From Dysidea avara (taxonomy: Eukaryota): a stretch of 64,000 nt of DNA. The DNA lies in NCBI RefSeq assembly GCF_963678975.1, contig NC_089285.1:12026725-12090724 (forward strand), written 5' to 3'. Made by a program: the position numbers and the translations under genes. The notes beneath the pieces were generated by a model. That model ran no database searches, was not told where the DNA came from, and saw only the letters and a program-made list of their open reading frames with translations. Of this stretch, positions 49,261 through 61,249 are shown one piece after another (the stretch's first letter is position 1; every line of letters starts with the position of its first letter).

Positions 49261-49524
49261 TGCTTCTTGCATACATCTCTCACTATATAGTGAATCAAGC
49301 AAATATCATCCACTTTTGGATGATATTTGCTTACATAAGCACTCACTATATAGAGAATCAAGCAATAATCATCCACTTTTGGATGATGTTTGCTTATGTA
49401 ACTATAAGAGAGATGAGTAATAATCATCCAAAATGGATGATTTAGTGAAGCATCATCCATATTTGGATGAAAATGTGAGGTCAAAAAGCATCCGATTTTG
49501 GAATTTGACTATACCTGGAGGTCT

Positions 49525-50283
49525 ACAAGGTTATCCTTCTAGCTGATCTCTCTACCGGATGACTTGTTTGTAGCTGAACTCTCTACAGAGTGGTTTGTTT
49601 GTAGCTGAATTTTCTACAGGGCAATTTGTTTGCAGCTGAACTCTCTACATGGTAGTTTCTTTGTAGCTGAACTATCTACAATGTAACTTCTTCTAACTGA
49701 ATTCTCTACAGGGTGACTTGTTTCTAGCTGATCTCTCTACAGGGTGACTTGTTTCTAGCTGAACTCTCTACAGGGTGATTTGTTTGTAGCTGAACTCTCT
49801 ACAAGGTAACTTCTTCTAGCTGATCTTTCTACAGGGTGATTTGTTTGTAGCTGAATTCTCTACAGGGTGACTTGTTTGTAGCTGATCTCTGTACAGGGTG
49901 ACTTGTTCCTAGCTGAACTCTCTACAGGTGATTTGTTTGCAGCTGAACTCTCTTACATGGTGGTTTCTTTGTAGCTGAACTCTCTACAAGGTGACTTCTT
50001 CTAGCTGATCTCTCTACAAGATGACTTGTTTCTAACTGAACTCTCTACAGTGTGATCTGTTCATAGCGGAACTTTCTACTGGGTGATTTGTTTGCAGCTG
50101 AACTCTTTGCATGACTGTTTCTTTGTAACTGAACTCTCTACAAGGTAACTTCTTCTAGCTGATCTCTCTACAGGGCAATTTGTTTGAGCTTAACTCTCTA
50201 CATGATGGTTTCTTTGTAGCTGAACTCTCTATTAGGTACTTTCTTCTGGCTGATCTGACTACAGGGTGACTTGTTTATAGCTG
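49525..50283 (+). repeat. 30/61-bp satellite array (same family as 35810-38575)
   Basis: Direct reading. Confidence 0.95.
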
Positions 50284-51990
50284 AATTCCCTACAGAATAA
50301 CTTGCATAAATACAGCTAAATGCTTTATTAGGGTGACTGTTCTATTAGAGTATCTCGATCTCGCATTTGTTACATGTAGTTGTCTTGTAATTGTAATTGT
50401 AATTTTTAAGCAGGGAGTCCACTCAGTAAAACTGATTTTCAGTGGAGCCCTGAACAAACATACAATAGACACATACAATAACTAATAATATACAAAAAAA
50501 CAAACATACATACACAACTAAGGATACATAGACAAAATTACACAGGAATTAAGAATTAAGATAATAATTACGAAATGACGACAAAGTGGCAGCCCCAGTA
50601 ACAGTGGACTAAGGTTGTTCCATAAAACAGTTCCTCGGTAGAAAAAAGTTTGCTTGCCATAGTTGATAAACACTCTAGGAACAAATAAACGATTAACATT
50701 ACGACTAAGATGACCAGTAACATCCTTCGAAAACTGAAATATATCATGTAAATAAGGAGGAGAAATTCGATGTAAAGATTTAAAAATCTGAATAGCTGTA
50801 TGAAAACGGCGATGTTCAGTCAATGTAAATTGAAACTTGGAACTGAAAGATGACGGCAGCTCATGCATAAATTTGGGATGAATCCTTTCAATCATACAAG
50901 TCTGTTTCACTGTAGATGGAGTCCAGATAACATCACAGTAATCAAAAAGTGGCATCACAAATGCTGAATATAATACACACAACACTGCAGGTGGCAGAGA
51001 CCCAAACCGAATAATTGAAGCAAGCCTTGATCTAACTTTAGACAACATATTACAAATATGCAAGTTCCAAGACAACGCAGAGTCAATTAATACTCCAAGA
51101 TACCGAACAGAATGCACCCGAGACAACACACTACCACCAATTGAGACAGAAAGGGTCTGACCTGCCACCCTCTGACGGCTACCAATGAGCATACAACTAG
51201 ACTTATCAACATTTAAACACAAACGTGAGCTCCCTAACCATGTAGCCACAGAATTCAGATCTGATTGTAAACCAGATCTTTTGAATTGTAACTCAGTGGT
51301 TTGTAATCTGATTCTTCTGTACTACTGCAAGTACTTTCTATGATGATTATTCCAGCTACACACTGATTTTCAGCTCGTTGCTCTGAACGATTTGCCTGGT
51401 AGACACGAAAACTAATAGTTTTGTTATTTATAAAAATCTATTGCGTAATTTTGACACAGGTCGGGTTTTGTGTCATATCTCCATGGTCTTTATCCCGATT
51501 CCTTTCAAACCACAAAAAGGTACTCCTACGATGGTTACTCCATCTACATATCAAGTTTCAACTCATTCCTCCAAGGGGTTTACCCTGTAGGCATGACAGG
51601 CCTTCGACCTTATTTTACGCAAATAATCGGTCATAACTCCGTGAATGTTCATCGGATTCCTACCAAAGTTGGTACAGAGATCCGCCTTAATGAGCCCTTT
51701 AAATGTGCCATATTTCAGCCCGGTCCGAGTACGCATTCGTGTTTTATGGCGGATTTTGCGAAGTGTGCAAAATGAAGAAAAAAGCGAAAAAATTAAAACG
51801 AAATTTTGTTCACTCGTATCTCGGAAATGGCTGGAGCGATTTTCTTTAAAAGTGGTGTGTAGACTCCCTTAGCTGGCCAGCACCTCTCTAGCAAATTTGG
51901 TTCCAATCGGATAAGGGATCACAGAGCTACATAGGTGTGAAAATTTCATTTTATTTCTTCCTGTTAATATACTCACGGGTGGCACGCCGG
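50283..51990 (+). repeat. Element X copy 3 (50283-50383 and 51283-51990), interrupted by a LINE fragment
   Basis: The two parts align to the two sides of copy 2 around 'gtagttgcctttcgaatcataactcagtggtttgtaatcc'. Confidence 0.7.
50383..51282 (-). mobile_element. 5'-truncated CR1/L2/RTE-like non-LTR retrotransposon 3' end (RT C-terminus + 3' tail), flanked by a ~15-bp imperfect target-site duplication
   Basis: ORF 50518-51249(-): '...VRYLGVLIDSALSWNLHI...LCVLYSAFVMPLFDYCDVIW...LERIH..F...RR...FK..H...P.YL..IF'. The tail is (ttacaa)n. Flanks: 'tcttgtaattgtaa' against 'tcttttgaattgtaa'. Confidence 0.65.
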
Positions 51991-52063
51991 CTTCTTGGGT
52001 CGCACGACACACTACCGTGTGTCTTGATGTGAGCTTATACATGCAGTGGTCTGAGCAACATGG

Positions 52064-53040
52064 TGTTGTTTTAGTAAAGAGTTTTAGTTATAGTTTTAGT
52101 AATCGTTCTTAATTCAATTTGTTATAGATTTAATTATGGTTATATTGTCTTTGTTGTTTTAGTTTTAGTTTTAGTTATAGTTTATTAGTTAAAACATGAA
52201 AATCTTTTAGTTATAGTTTTAGTTGTGCATAAGAAAACCTTTTGGTTTTAGTTATAGCAAGAGTTAATAATAAGAGAGGAGAGTATCTAACGCCGTATAG
52301 TCCTGTAACAGATGATTGCACAGAAGTTAAACGGCTTCTTTTCCACGTAACATACAGACTGGCTAGTATATTTTCGCATTTAACCACAAAGGCTATCCCA
52401 GACACAAGGGCGTGCGTTCAACTCGATGTTCAAGTTCACCACGAAAAGCATCGCTCTGTTGCGTAAAGAAGTGTGGCTGTTAACCTCGAAGATAACTCTG
52501 GGGGAGAGTATCTGAGAAACCAATAAACACTGAACCAAAGGCAGAGTATCGCTTCGAATTTTCACTGCATCGCCATGTTACCCTACCTTTGAGCATTCTT
52601 CAATTGAAGGAGCACTGTTCCCTGTACATACAGCTCAGTCTTTAGTTCAGTCTTCGAATATTTTCGAGGATTCATCACGGTGCGGCTAAATTAATTGCGG
52701 TAAGGAAATGAACAAATACTAGAAGCCTATACGTTACACGGAAAAGGAAGCCGTTTAACTTCTGCGCAATCATCTATTACAGGTCTATACAGCATTAGAC
52801 ACTCTCCTCTCTTATTATTAACTCTTGGTTATAGTTTTAGTTATCTTTCTTAGTTCTTTTTAGTTTTAGATTAGTTTTAGTAAATTATTCTGTTGTGTTT
52901 TAGATTTAGTTTTAGTTATAATATGGATTTGCTTTTAGTTATAGTTTTAGATTTAGTTAACTAATACATATTTGCCTTACTAAAAGTACTTTTAGATTTA
53001 GTTATGGTTAACTAAAGCAACACTAGAATAATGGACCACA
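52064..53040. repeat. LTR-like direct repeat, copy B (partner of 34150-34860); hosts MITE 52260-52830
   Basis: See copy A. Confidence 0.6.
52260..52830. mobile_element. MITE of the 'CAAGAGTTAATAAT' family (570 bp, ~50-bp terminal inverted repeats)
   Basis: 'caagagttaataataagagaggagagtatctaacgccgtatagtcctgtaa' matches the reverse complement of 'ttacaggtctatacagcattagacactctcctctcttattattaactcttgg'. It is absent from the homologous site in copy A. Confidence 0.75.
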
Positions 53041-53420
53041 GTTTTTACCACTGACAGAAGACAACTGGCCTAATATGATGTTGTTTGTCACTAACAACAG
53101 ATTACAGATTCTAATTCATGCTGTACTGATCATTTATCTTCATTTGTACCGAGTGCAGAAGAAATGGATGAAGTTAATTGATGAATACAATGTTTTAAGA
53201 TGCAAGGGGAGAATTAACAACTCTTCACTAGCCCAAGCAACCTGTTTTGTTACCACGTGATCACCCTTACATTAAGCTACTAATAACTGATGTCTACCAA
53301 AGAGTTAAACATAGTGGAACAAATGACATGTTGACTGCATTGAGAGAGATTTGGATTCTCAAGCGAAAGCAAGCTGTGGGGAAGGTTGTAAGGTGGTGTA
53401 CATTGTGTCAAAGGATGGAT
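53040..53420 (+). pseudogene. BEL/Pao-type pol fragment (downstream half: region preceding the integrase, HHCC-type zinc finger)
   Basis: 'EDNWPNMM...' then 'LPRDHPYIKLLITDVYQRVKHSGTNDMLTALREIWILKRKQAVGKVVRWCTLCQR' (LP.DH..T.LLI...H....H.G...TL..LR..YWI..GR..V..V...C..C). Confidence 0.5.
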
Positions 53421-53745
53421 TGATCTGCTTACCCACCACTTAGTCTCCTGATTTCAGTGAGGACATCACTAACAAATGCCTGGCATTAATCACCAAGAAG
53501 TGGTTATCAATTTTGCAGCTAACATGCTAGAAATGTACAAGCTATCTTCCAAGAAAGGAACTCACAAATCTAAACCATTGCACAGTAAACTGTTCACAGA
53601 AGACATGTAATTGTAAATATACCTTTATGTGTACAATGTTGTAAATATTATTTCAAGCAGTAAATCAAAATACTATTACATGCTACAGAGCAATAAAATA
53701 GCAATAACACAGTAACAAAGAAAAGCAGCGAACAGCTGAATTGTG

Positions 53746-55700
53746 TCAAGATGAGAAGTGTGGTCTTCTCTTCTTCAGTGGTTTCTCTAGATCAACCGAC
53801 TCCAAATCATACGACTTTCTTTTTGTCCCGCGGCAGTTACCTGTGATGTCTTTGACATGTATCAAATCTATAATCCGAAGAGCTTGAGTGTTCTTCAAAA
53901 ATTCATACACAGTAGGGTTGTCGTTGGTCTTCCCTTCTGCTGTTGACATCCAAAAAACTTCTCGAGAGTGTCTTGGCTCAATTTCTCACAAAGAAAGCAA
54001 GTGACCCCCTCTATTTGGAATAGATATGGAATGAGCTCCGTAAATGATTTGGCTGCAATGATATGGCTCACAACAAAAGCCAATAGGTGTGACATACCTG
54101 TCATCCTTATTCCATTTAACGTAATGTCACTCAAGATCATTTGCTTCCTCTCCACTGCACTGAATGGGCCTTTTCTCTGGCTGATGGATTGCTCCCAAGA
54201 GTCAAGGTAGGTGAGCAGTTCACCAAGAAACTGTAAAGACACATTAGTATATAAAGTTGCACATGTATACTCACAAATACCGTCAATCTAAAATTGTTTG
54301 CACTTCGATATGGCTGTTGGAACACCTTTCTTTTAAACTTTCCTTTAGTAAATGACGAAACATTAAATGTGTCAAAAAATTTATCCACTTTTTTCAACAA
54401 AATAAGCTGTTTCAAAGGCATCTACATTTCCAGAGAAATACAATGCCTTTGACACACTGCTACTCAGTACCTAAAGGAAAGAAATCAATTGTGGTATCTA
54501 TTATAATACACACAGACACACAGACACACACCTGAGCAGCCAGGTCCACCCTCATCTTTGAAAAGTTTGTAAGGTTGACATGTTCATGTTTTATCTTGTG
54601 AACAAGGCATAATCCAGGTGTTGAAGTGATGGCACCAGCATTCCTCCGATAGAGATCCACGATTAAATTCCAGTCTATCTTCTGCCCAAAACACCAGTAC
54701 AAGAAAACATGTACCATAAACAGCAAAAGTTGAGTTTGGCAATGAATTTACCATATAGCTAGCAATATAAATTTGAAATAAAAGGCATTTCCTTTGTTCG
54801 CCAACCTTTGTCGTTTACGTTATGTACTGTATTGTGTATGACAATGTACACACTTAACATTGGTGACTGAAACATGTACATACCCATAACTTCCCACGAG
54901 CAAAGCAATTTCTGATGGTCTTTATCAAATGAGGTGGATCGGATACGAAAAACATCTGCTGCATGTCATCTCTGTAAACATTTGTGGTCTTGTAGCATAG
55001 TGAACTAGATGGATCATGCATGGCAAACATCTTGCGGTTGTCAGATGCACCATCACAAGTTATAGACACAACACAAAGACCTAACCGAGTCAGATGTTTT
55101 ATAGCTTGACAAACCAGAGGGAAAATATCAGCACCTTTAGTACTAGATACTGGACGTATGGAAATTTCAAGCTAGTGAATAATCCTCTAATCATAAACAC
55201 TAGTATACACTTCACCAGTGGCCTAGGTGTTCTTCCAGAATTCTCAAGATGCTGTTCATAGTCGAGCAGAATGTTATTTGTCTCACCAAGGTCAGCATAA
55301 CTAACAAGGAATTGATATGGAAACTGATATGGATTTGTTGGAAGCGGTATCTAGTCAACAGCCCAAATACCTTGCAAATTAGGTCTCGATAGTTCTTGAT
55401 AAAATGCATGTGAAGGAAGGTTTGTTTTTTGACAAGCACACCCCTGACTAGATTCTGCTTCCAACAAATCCATATCAGTTTCTTTTGAGAAGCCTGACGT
55501 ATATGGAGACCTATGTCTATAATCCCTGAGTGTCCTATCTGATGGCAAATGTATAACACCGGAGTTTCGTAATGTAGAGTAGCAACCACTAGACTTGTGA
55601 TGAAGATACAGGCACCATCGAATTATTGCTGGGTGCCACCTTATTCCACAGCCTTTAGCTGCTGCTTCCAAAATATTGACGAAAAGGTTTCTTCTGAGCC
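53746..55700 (-). pseudogene. P-element / THAP9-like transposase, frameshifted into 6 or more ORF pieces
   Basis: 'AIIRWCLYLHHKSSGCYSTLRNSGVIHLPSDRTLRDY', 'ITCDGASDNRKMF...FFVSDPPHLIKTIRN' and 'LSQDTLEKFFGCQQQ' lie in the order expected for a P/THAP9 transposase. Confidence 0.55.
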
Positions 55701-57216
55701 ACCTTCAGAACATTGCATTATATTGACTAGATCCTTGCTCATTGCATCGTCAACTCTTACCCCATCCGTCTGAATAATCTTCTCTAATCATGATTGCAAC
55801 TGGTTTATCTTCTTTCTGTCTTTTACTACCTGTGTATGCAAGTTCCGAATTCTTTCATCCTTTTCTGCTGGGTTTAAATAGTGTAGATTGACATGACTAT
55901 CAATCGCACATCATTTGGCAGAGTCACCTTCAGCCAGCTGTTTTAGCAATCTGCTCAGGCCACTATGTAACACATTGTCACGGTATTTTCTGTAGAATGA
56001 ACATCTATTGGTGGAACCAGATATCGGAATTCTTTGTATACACTGTACATGATGGATTGTGCGGTGTGAGGTGTCATAATAAGCAACTACTCTTGACCCT
56101 ACATAAATGAACAGCATGCAGTAATGTTGCCTATTGATTACATACCTGTTGAATCTTTGAAAATTCCATTATGCTTCACAATCAATGGATAAAATTTCTC
56201 ATCATTGTTCCCCTCACACAAAATAATATTGATTTTCCTTATCACTGGCTGAATCATTTGATATTAGAGAGTTCTGAACTTCTGATGGGGTGGCTGAATC
56301 ATTTGTTACCAGTAATGTGTGAACTTCTGAATCAGAAGGGGTGTCAATCTGCACACCAGTTTCCGTCATTGAAGGCTGCAATAAATCAGACTGTGTACCA
56401 GCATCTGCTGACTTTACATTCTCATCAGTTTCTGTTTGTTGCCAACATCAACCATCTCAACAGCTTCTTGGTTGCTTGCAGTTGCCTGTCCATCAGTTTT
56501 CTTCATGCTGTAGCGTTTCCGGACAACCCTTGTGAACTTTCGAGGCATGGTAAGCAGAAACTCTGACAAAAATAATATAGTAACAAAAGTACTTATAACA
56601 TACCATAAGCCACATTTTAAAGCAAGTACAGATCCTATCAGACATTTTGTTTTGGCATAACAGGTACCAAAACAGAGGCAAATAAAACACGGTTTTATGA
56701 GATGAACAGTTGACTGGAGTGGTGCAGAGTTTTTTCCAGCCGAAGTACGCATAGCCCACCAGCATGCACCTTATGTTACAATATCTTACCAATAAAACAC
56801 AACGATGGTGAGTTACAAGTACTAGTTTGGCCTTAAAAGCACTGATAAAAAGCAAGAAGTTAGGAAAACACGTTTTACACACAAACAATGCAATAGAAGT
56901 CTTTTATACATAACCTGGGAACTTACTACGATCAAATTCGAGATGACAATCTTTCCAGCACCTGCTTAATCGTGTCAAAGAAACACCATGCCTTTCTGAA
57001 CCAAAAAGGCATGCTTGCACACTTTCGTAAAATTTCCACATACCAGTTGTTGACACTATGAGGTGTTAAACAAAACCGGGGTGCGGACTGATCTACAGCC
57101 AGTATTGAGAGTTTCCAATCCCGGGTGTTTTCTCTATAATCTATGTTATTATTGAAAGCATTTCATCATGTACATACATGACGGAGGTAAATAGTTATCT
57201 GAATCTATACCATAGT

Positions 57217-59730
57217 TCAGATTATTGATGGTACTCTGTCAAGAATCTTCGAGTAGTATAGCAGAACACTCTTCTGTAACTTTGGTATTAGTCCTTTGTA
57301 ATGAATGTTCAAGGTTTTCAAATGTTTCTCCAGGCAAAAAGGGACTGATCCGAGAGCACCCAGGACAAGTGGGAGAATGACAACTCGCATGTTCCACATT
57401 TTCTGGAGTTTAATCTTCAAATCTATGTACCGTTGGTGTTTCTCTACAACTTTCTCTGTAACTCTAGCCACATGAATTAAATAAATTATCTTGGTTAGGT
57501 AATCTACACATACAAAATCTGGACAATTGTGTGGTATATGTCTATCACATTGGATTGTGAAATCCCATAGTAGTTTCATGAAGGTATTCTCCATCACAGG
57601 AAGTGGTTGGAAATTATTATTATTATTAATTTAAAGTCACAGTACAATAATTGGTTAAAGAAATCCATTCCCTAGCCTAGGGAATTGGAGTATAATTAGT
57701 TAAAAGAAAAAAAATTTAATGTCTAAATAGCGATTGAAGAGCAATGCCATGCTATACAAAACTGTTCTCTGAAGTAAAGATGTTGTATATTCAGGAATAT
57801 TCAATTTCTTTAGATTGGCCACCAGGAAATTGGGAATTGAACCAAGGGCTCCAATAATAATAGGTGCAACAGTCACTTGCATATTCCACAATCTACAGAT
57901 CTCAATTTTCAAGTCAACATATACTTTGAAACTTTTTTCTCCACAGACTTTTGAGAAATTCTGGAATCTCCGGGAACAGATACTTCAATAAAGTAAACAT
58001 GTTCTTGCTGTTTGTCAACAAGAGTAATAATGTCTGGTCTATTGTGTGGTAAACTTTTATCAGTAAATATAGTAAAATCCCACAACAGTTTGAAATTAAT
58101 GTTTTCAACAATTTTCTCAGAGTTGTGTAACCACCACTGCTCAGGCACCATAAAACCAGTGTTTGTAGAAAGTTTCCAGTGAATAAAGCTAGCAATTTTG
58201 TCTTGCCTCTTTTTGTACTGATGTTGAGCAAGAAATGAACATCCACTGAATACTTAATCAAAAGAACAGCAAAGGTATTGATAGCGCATATCAAATTCTT
58301 ACTATTCAGCTTTGATGTTAACAACTTTCAAACACGTCATTTGTATTCCTTAATGAGTGCCTCTTTCATCTCATTTTTGATGTAATCAGCTTCTAAAATC
58401 CCTAGGTATTTGGTGTCAGATAACTATTGGATCGCTTCCCCAAATGACAATACAATCGGATGGCTGCAGGTTCAAGGCTGCCCAGGTCCAGTCATGGATT
58501 TTTTCTTCTTTCTCCTACTTTTCAAACATACTTAGTGAGGTCAATATAAACATCTTTAGTGGGACCATGTGTCCCACAGGCTTTTATAGGGCCTTCTGGT
58601 ATACAGGCTCTGCCTTTACCAAGTGCCTTAATCATAATAAAACAATGTCCATTTGGTTCCACTTGGGGTACGTAGAGATAATAAGTCACTCTCTAGGGTT
58701 CCTATGGATACAAATACATGAAAATAGCAAGAAGAAAATAATTATCTTGACCGCCTGGCAGACTCCTGTAAGCTTTCGAGCATTAATCGGATGGCTGCAG
58801 GTTCGAGGCTGCCCAGATCCAGTCATGGATTTTTTCTTCTACTTTTTAAATAAACTTAGTAAAGTCAACATAAACATCTTTAGTGGGACCATGTGTCCCA
58901 CAGGCCTTAGTAAGGCCTTCTGGAATACAGGCTCTGTCTTTACCAAGTACCTTAATCATAATGTCCCCACAATCTGCAATCTTTCCTCTTCAAAGAGCAA
59001 GGGTGTTACATTTGGATAATCCAAAGGACATACCAATGTCATTGGAATAAATATGAAGAGTGTGAACCAGTGACTCTAATTCACTTCGAGTGCGCCCATA
59101 TAACTTGATATCATCTAGGTAGAGAAGGTGGTTGATTTTCCTTCCTCCACTTGTTACTCTATATTATTATTAAATGAAATCACAGAAACATGTAACAACA
59201 TGAACTGGTACAAAAAAGCTCTGCTCCAGCTCGAGGTGTTACCCACACTCTGAGAGCTGAAGAATATTGCGTAAAGTGGTTACTGTTTCTAGTAAAGCAG
59301 TCTTTTGTAAAAGGTAGACATTGAGTGTTTTAATATCCAGAATTTCCAAAAAGTTCTTAAGTTTTTTAGTAACAGAGCCAAGTGCTCCAATTACTACTGG
59401 AACCATCACTGTCTTCTTTCTCCACAGTTTTTCTAACTCGATCTTTAAATCTTGATACTTGGAAAGCTTTTCCTCCTCCTTAGCTGATATGTGCTTGTCA
59501 GCAGGGACAGATATATCAATCAGAGTGATGAGTGAAGCACATTTGTCTCAATGACAACAATATCTGGTTGCCTTGCTGATATGATATGATCCACAAATAT
59601 GTTAACGTCCCACAGGATCTTAACAGAGTCATTCTCCACGATACTAACAGGATTGTGCTTCCACCAATTGGGCTCCCTCTGGATGCTGTACTTACCACAC
59701 AACAGCCAATGAATGTACTTTGCAACATTT
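57217..59730 (-). pseudogene. Cluster of four or more fragmentary copies of a retroelement ORF C-terminal region (LWDF...IVIGALG block)
   Basis: 'KLLWDFTIQCDRHIPHNCPDFVCVDYLTKIIYLIHVA...KMWNMRVVILPLVLGALGSVP', 'LWNMQVTVAPIIIGALGSIPNFL', 'KLLWDFTIFTDKSLPHNRPDIITLVDKQQEHVYFIEVSVPGD' and 'ILWDVNIFVDHIISARQPDIVVIE'. Duplicated segments also occur at 58444-58560 and 58790-58900. The family assignment is from memory and is uncertain. Confidence 0.4.
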
Positions 59731-59764
59731 TATCATGTCGTAACTTATACTGTGTATATTATTA

Positions 59765-60090
59765 ATCTAATCCAAAACAGCTAAGCTGTAAAAATAGTGT
59801 GCAGCCCTCAAAAAGTCTATGGTGAAAAAAGATGTAAAATCCAAGGTGGCAGCCAAGAATTGGCTGTGATGGTAGGTTAATGATAAAATTTTAATAACGA
59901 CAATTCAGATGAATTTTGGTGCCGCTTGGTCTTGGCACAAAATTCACCTGAATTGTCGTTATTAAAATTTTTACCATTAACCTACCATCACAGCCATTTC
60001 TTGGCCGCCACCTTGGATTTCGTATCTTTTTTCACCATAGCCTTTTTAAGGGCCGCACACTTTTTTTACAGCTTGGCTGTTTTGGATTAG
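59765..60090. mobile_element. FB-1 foldback core copy
   Basis: Palindrome 'ccaaaacagctaagctgtaaaaatagtgtgcagccctc...gaattttggtgccgcttggtcttggcacaaaattc...' with its mirror. Confidence 0.8.
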
Positions 60091-60094
60091 ACTT

Positions 60095-61249
60095 CACTAT
60101 ACAGAATTCAGCTACGAACAAATCACCCTGTAGAGAGATCAGCTAGAAGAAGTTACCTTGTAGATCGTTCAGCTACAAACAATTCACCCTGTAGAGAGAG
60201 CAGCTAGAAGAAGTCACCTTGTAGAGTGTTCAGTTACAAAGAAACCACCATGTAGAGTTCTGTAATAAATATATGTATTATATATATAATTTGTACATTT
60301 ATTGATAAAATCAGAAATTTTTAAAGTATTAATCTGCTTCATCTTTTCTTCTTCCTGTAGAAAAAAAAGGTTTAAAAAGCTCCAAAGCTGGCCATAGGCC
60401 GGCTTTTGGGGTATACAAATACAAAAAGAAGTGAAATCTAATCCAAAACAGCCAAGCTGTAAAAAAAGTGTGCAGCCCTCAAAAAGGCTATGGTGAAAAA
60501 GATGTGAAATCCAAGGTAGCGGCAAAGAAATGGCTGTGATGGTAGGTTAATGGTAAAAATTTTAATAACGACAATTCAGGTGAATTTTGTGCCAAGACCA
60601 AGCGGCACCAAAATTCATCTGAATTGTCGTTATTAATATTTTTATTATTAACCTATCATCACAGCCATTTCTTGGCCACCACCTTGGATTTCACATCTTT
60701 TTTCACCATAGCCTTTTTGAGGGCCGCACACTTTTTTTACAGCTTGGCTGTTTTGGATTAGATTTCACTTTTTTTTGTATTTGTATACCCCAAAGCCAGC
60801 CAATAGCCGGCTTTGGAGCTTTTTTAACCTATCTTTTTTACTTTACCACAGGAAGAAGAAAAGATGAAGCAGGTGTTAAATACTTTAAATATTTCTGAAT
60901 TTATCAGTAAATGTACAAATTATATATAATACATATATTTATTACAGAATTCTCTGCATGGTGGTTTCTTTGTAACTGAACACTCTACAAGGTGAATTCT
61001 TCTAGCTGACCTCCCTACAGAGTGAATTGTTTGTAGCTGAATTCTGTACAGGTGATTTGTTTGTAGCTGAACTCTTTACAGAATGATTTCTTTGTAGCTG
61101 AACTCTCTACAAGGTAACTTCTTCTAGCTGATCTTTCTACAGGGTGATTTGTTTGTAGCTGAATTTTCTACAGGGTGACTTGTTTGCAGCTGAACTCTCT
61201 ACATGGTGGTTTCTTTGGAGCTGAAATCTCTACAACGTAAATTCTTCTG
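60095..61249. mobile_element. Complete foldback (FB-like) element. Inverted satellite termini (60095-60262 reverse; 60960-61249 forward) flank AT-rich segments and the long palindromic FB-1 core (60360-60840)
   Basis: Mirror symmetry about ~60600. 'tatatataatttgtacatttattgataaa...cttcatcttttcttcttcctgtag...ccataggccggctttgggg...cagccaagctgtaaaaaaag' and its reverse complement lie on the other side. The satellite monomers at the two ends are in opposite orientation. Confidence 0.75.

Larger units (their letters stand above)
39612..49524. mobile_element. ~9.9-kb DNA-transposon-like element with long terminal inverted repeats (~0.8 kb) composed of ~60-bp tandem subrepeats; carries the 44619-46922 transposase-like ORF
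   Basis: Left end 'gacctcaaggtatggttcgtttccatttttggatgtttattgacctcacattttcatcca' matches the reverse complement of right end 'tggatgaaaatgtgaggtcaaaaagcatccgattttggaatttgactatacctggaggtc'. Subterminal 'atcatccaaaagtggatgattattgc...tatatagtgagag' is also mirrored. 60-bp arrays sit in opposite orientation at 39700-40440 and 48665-49260. Confidence 0.7.
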
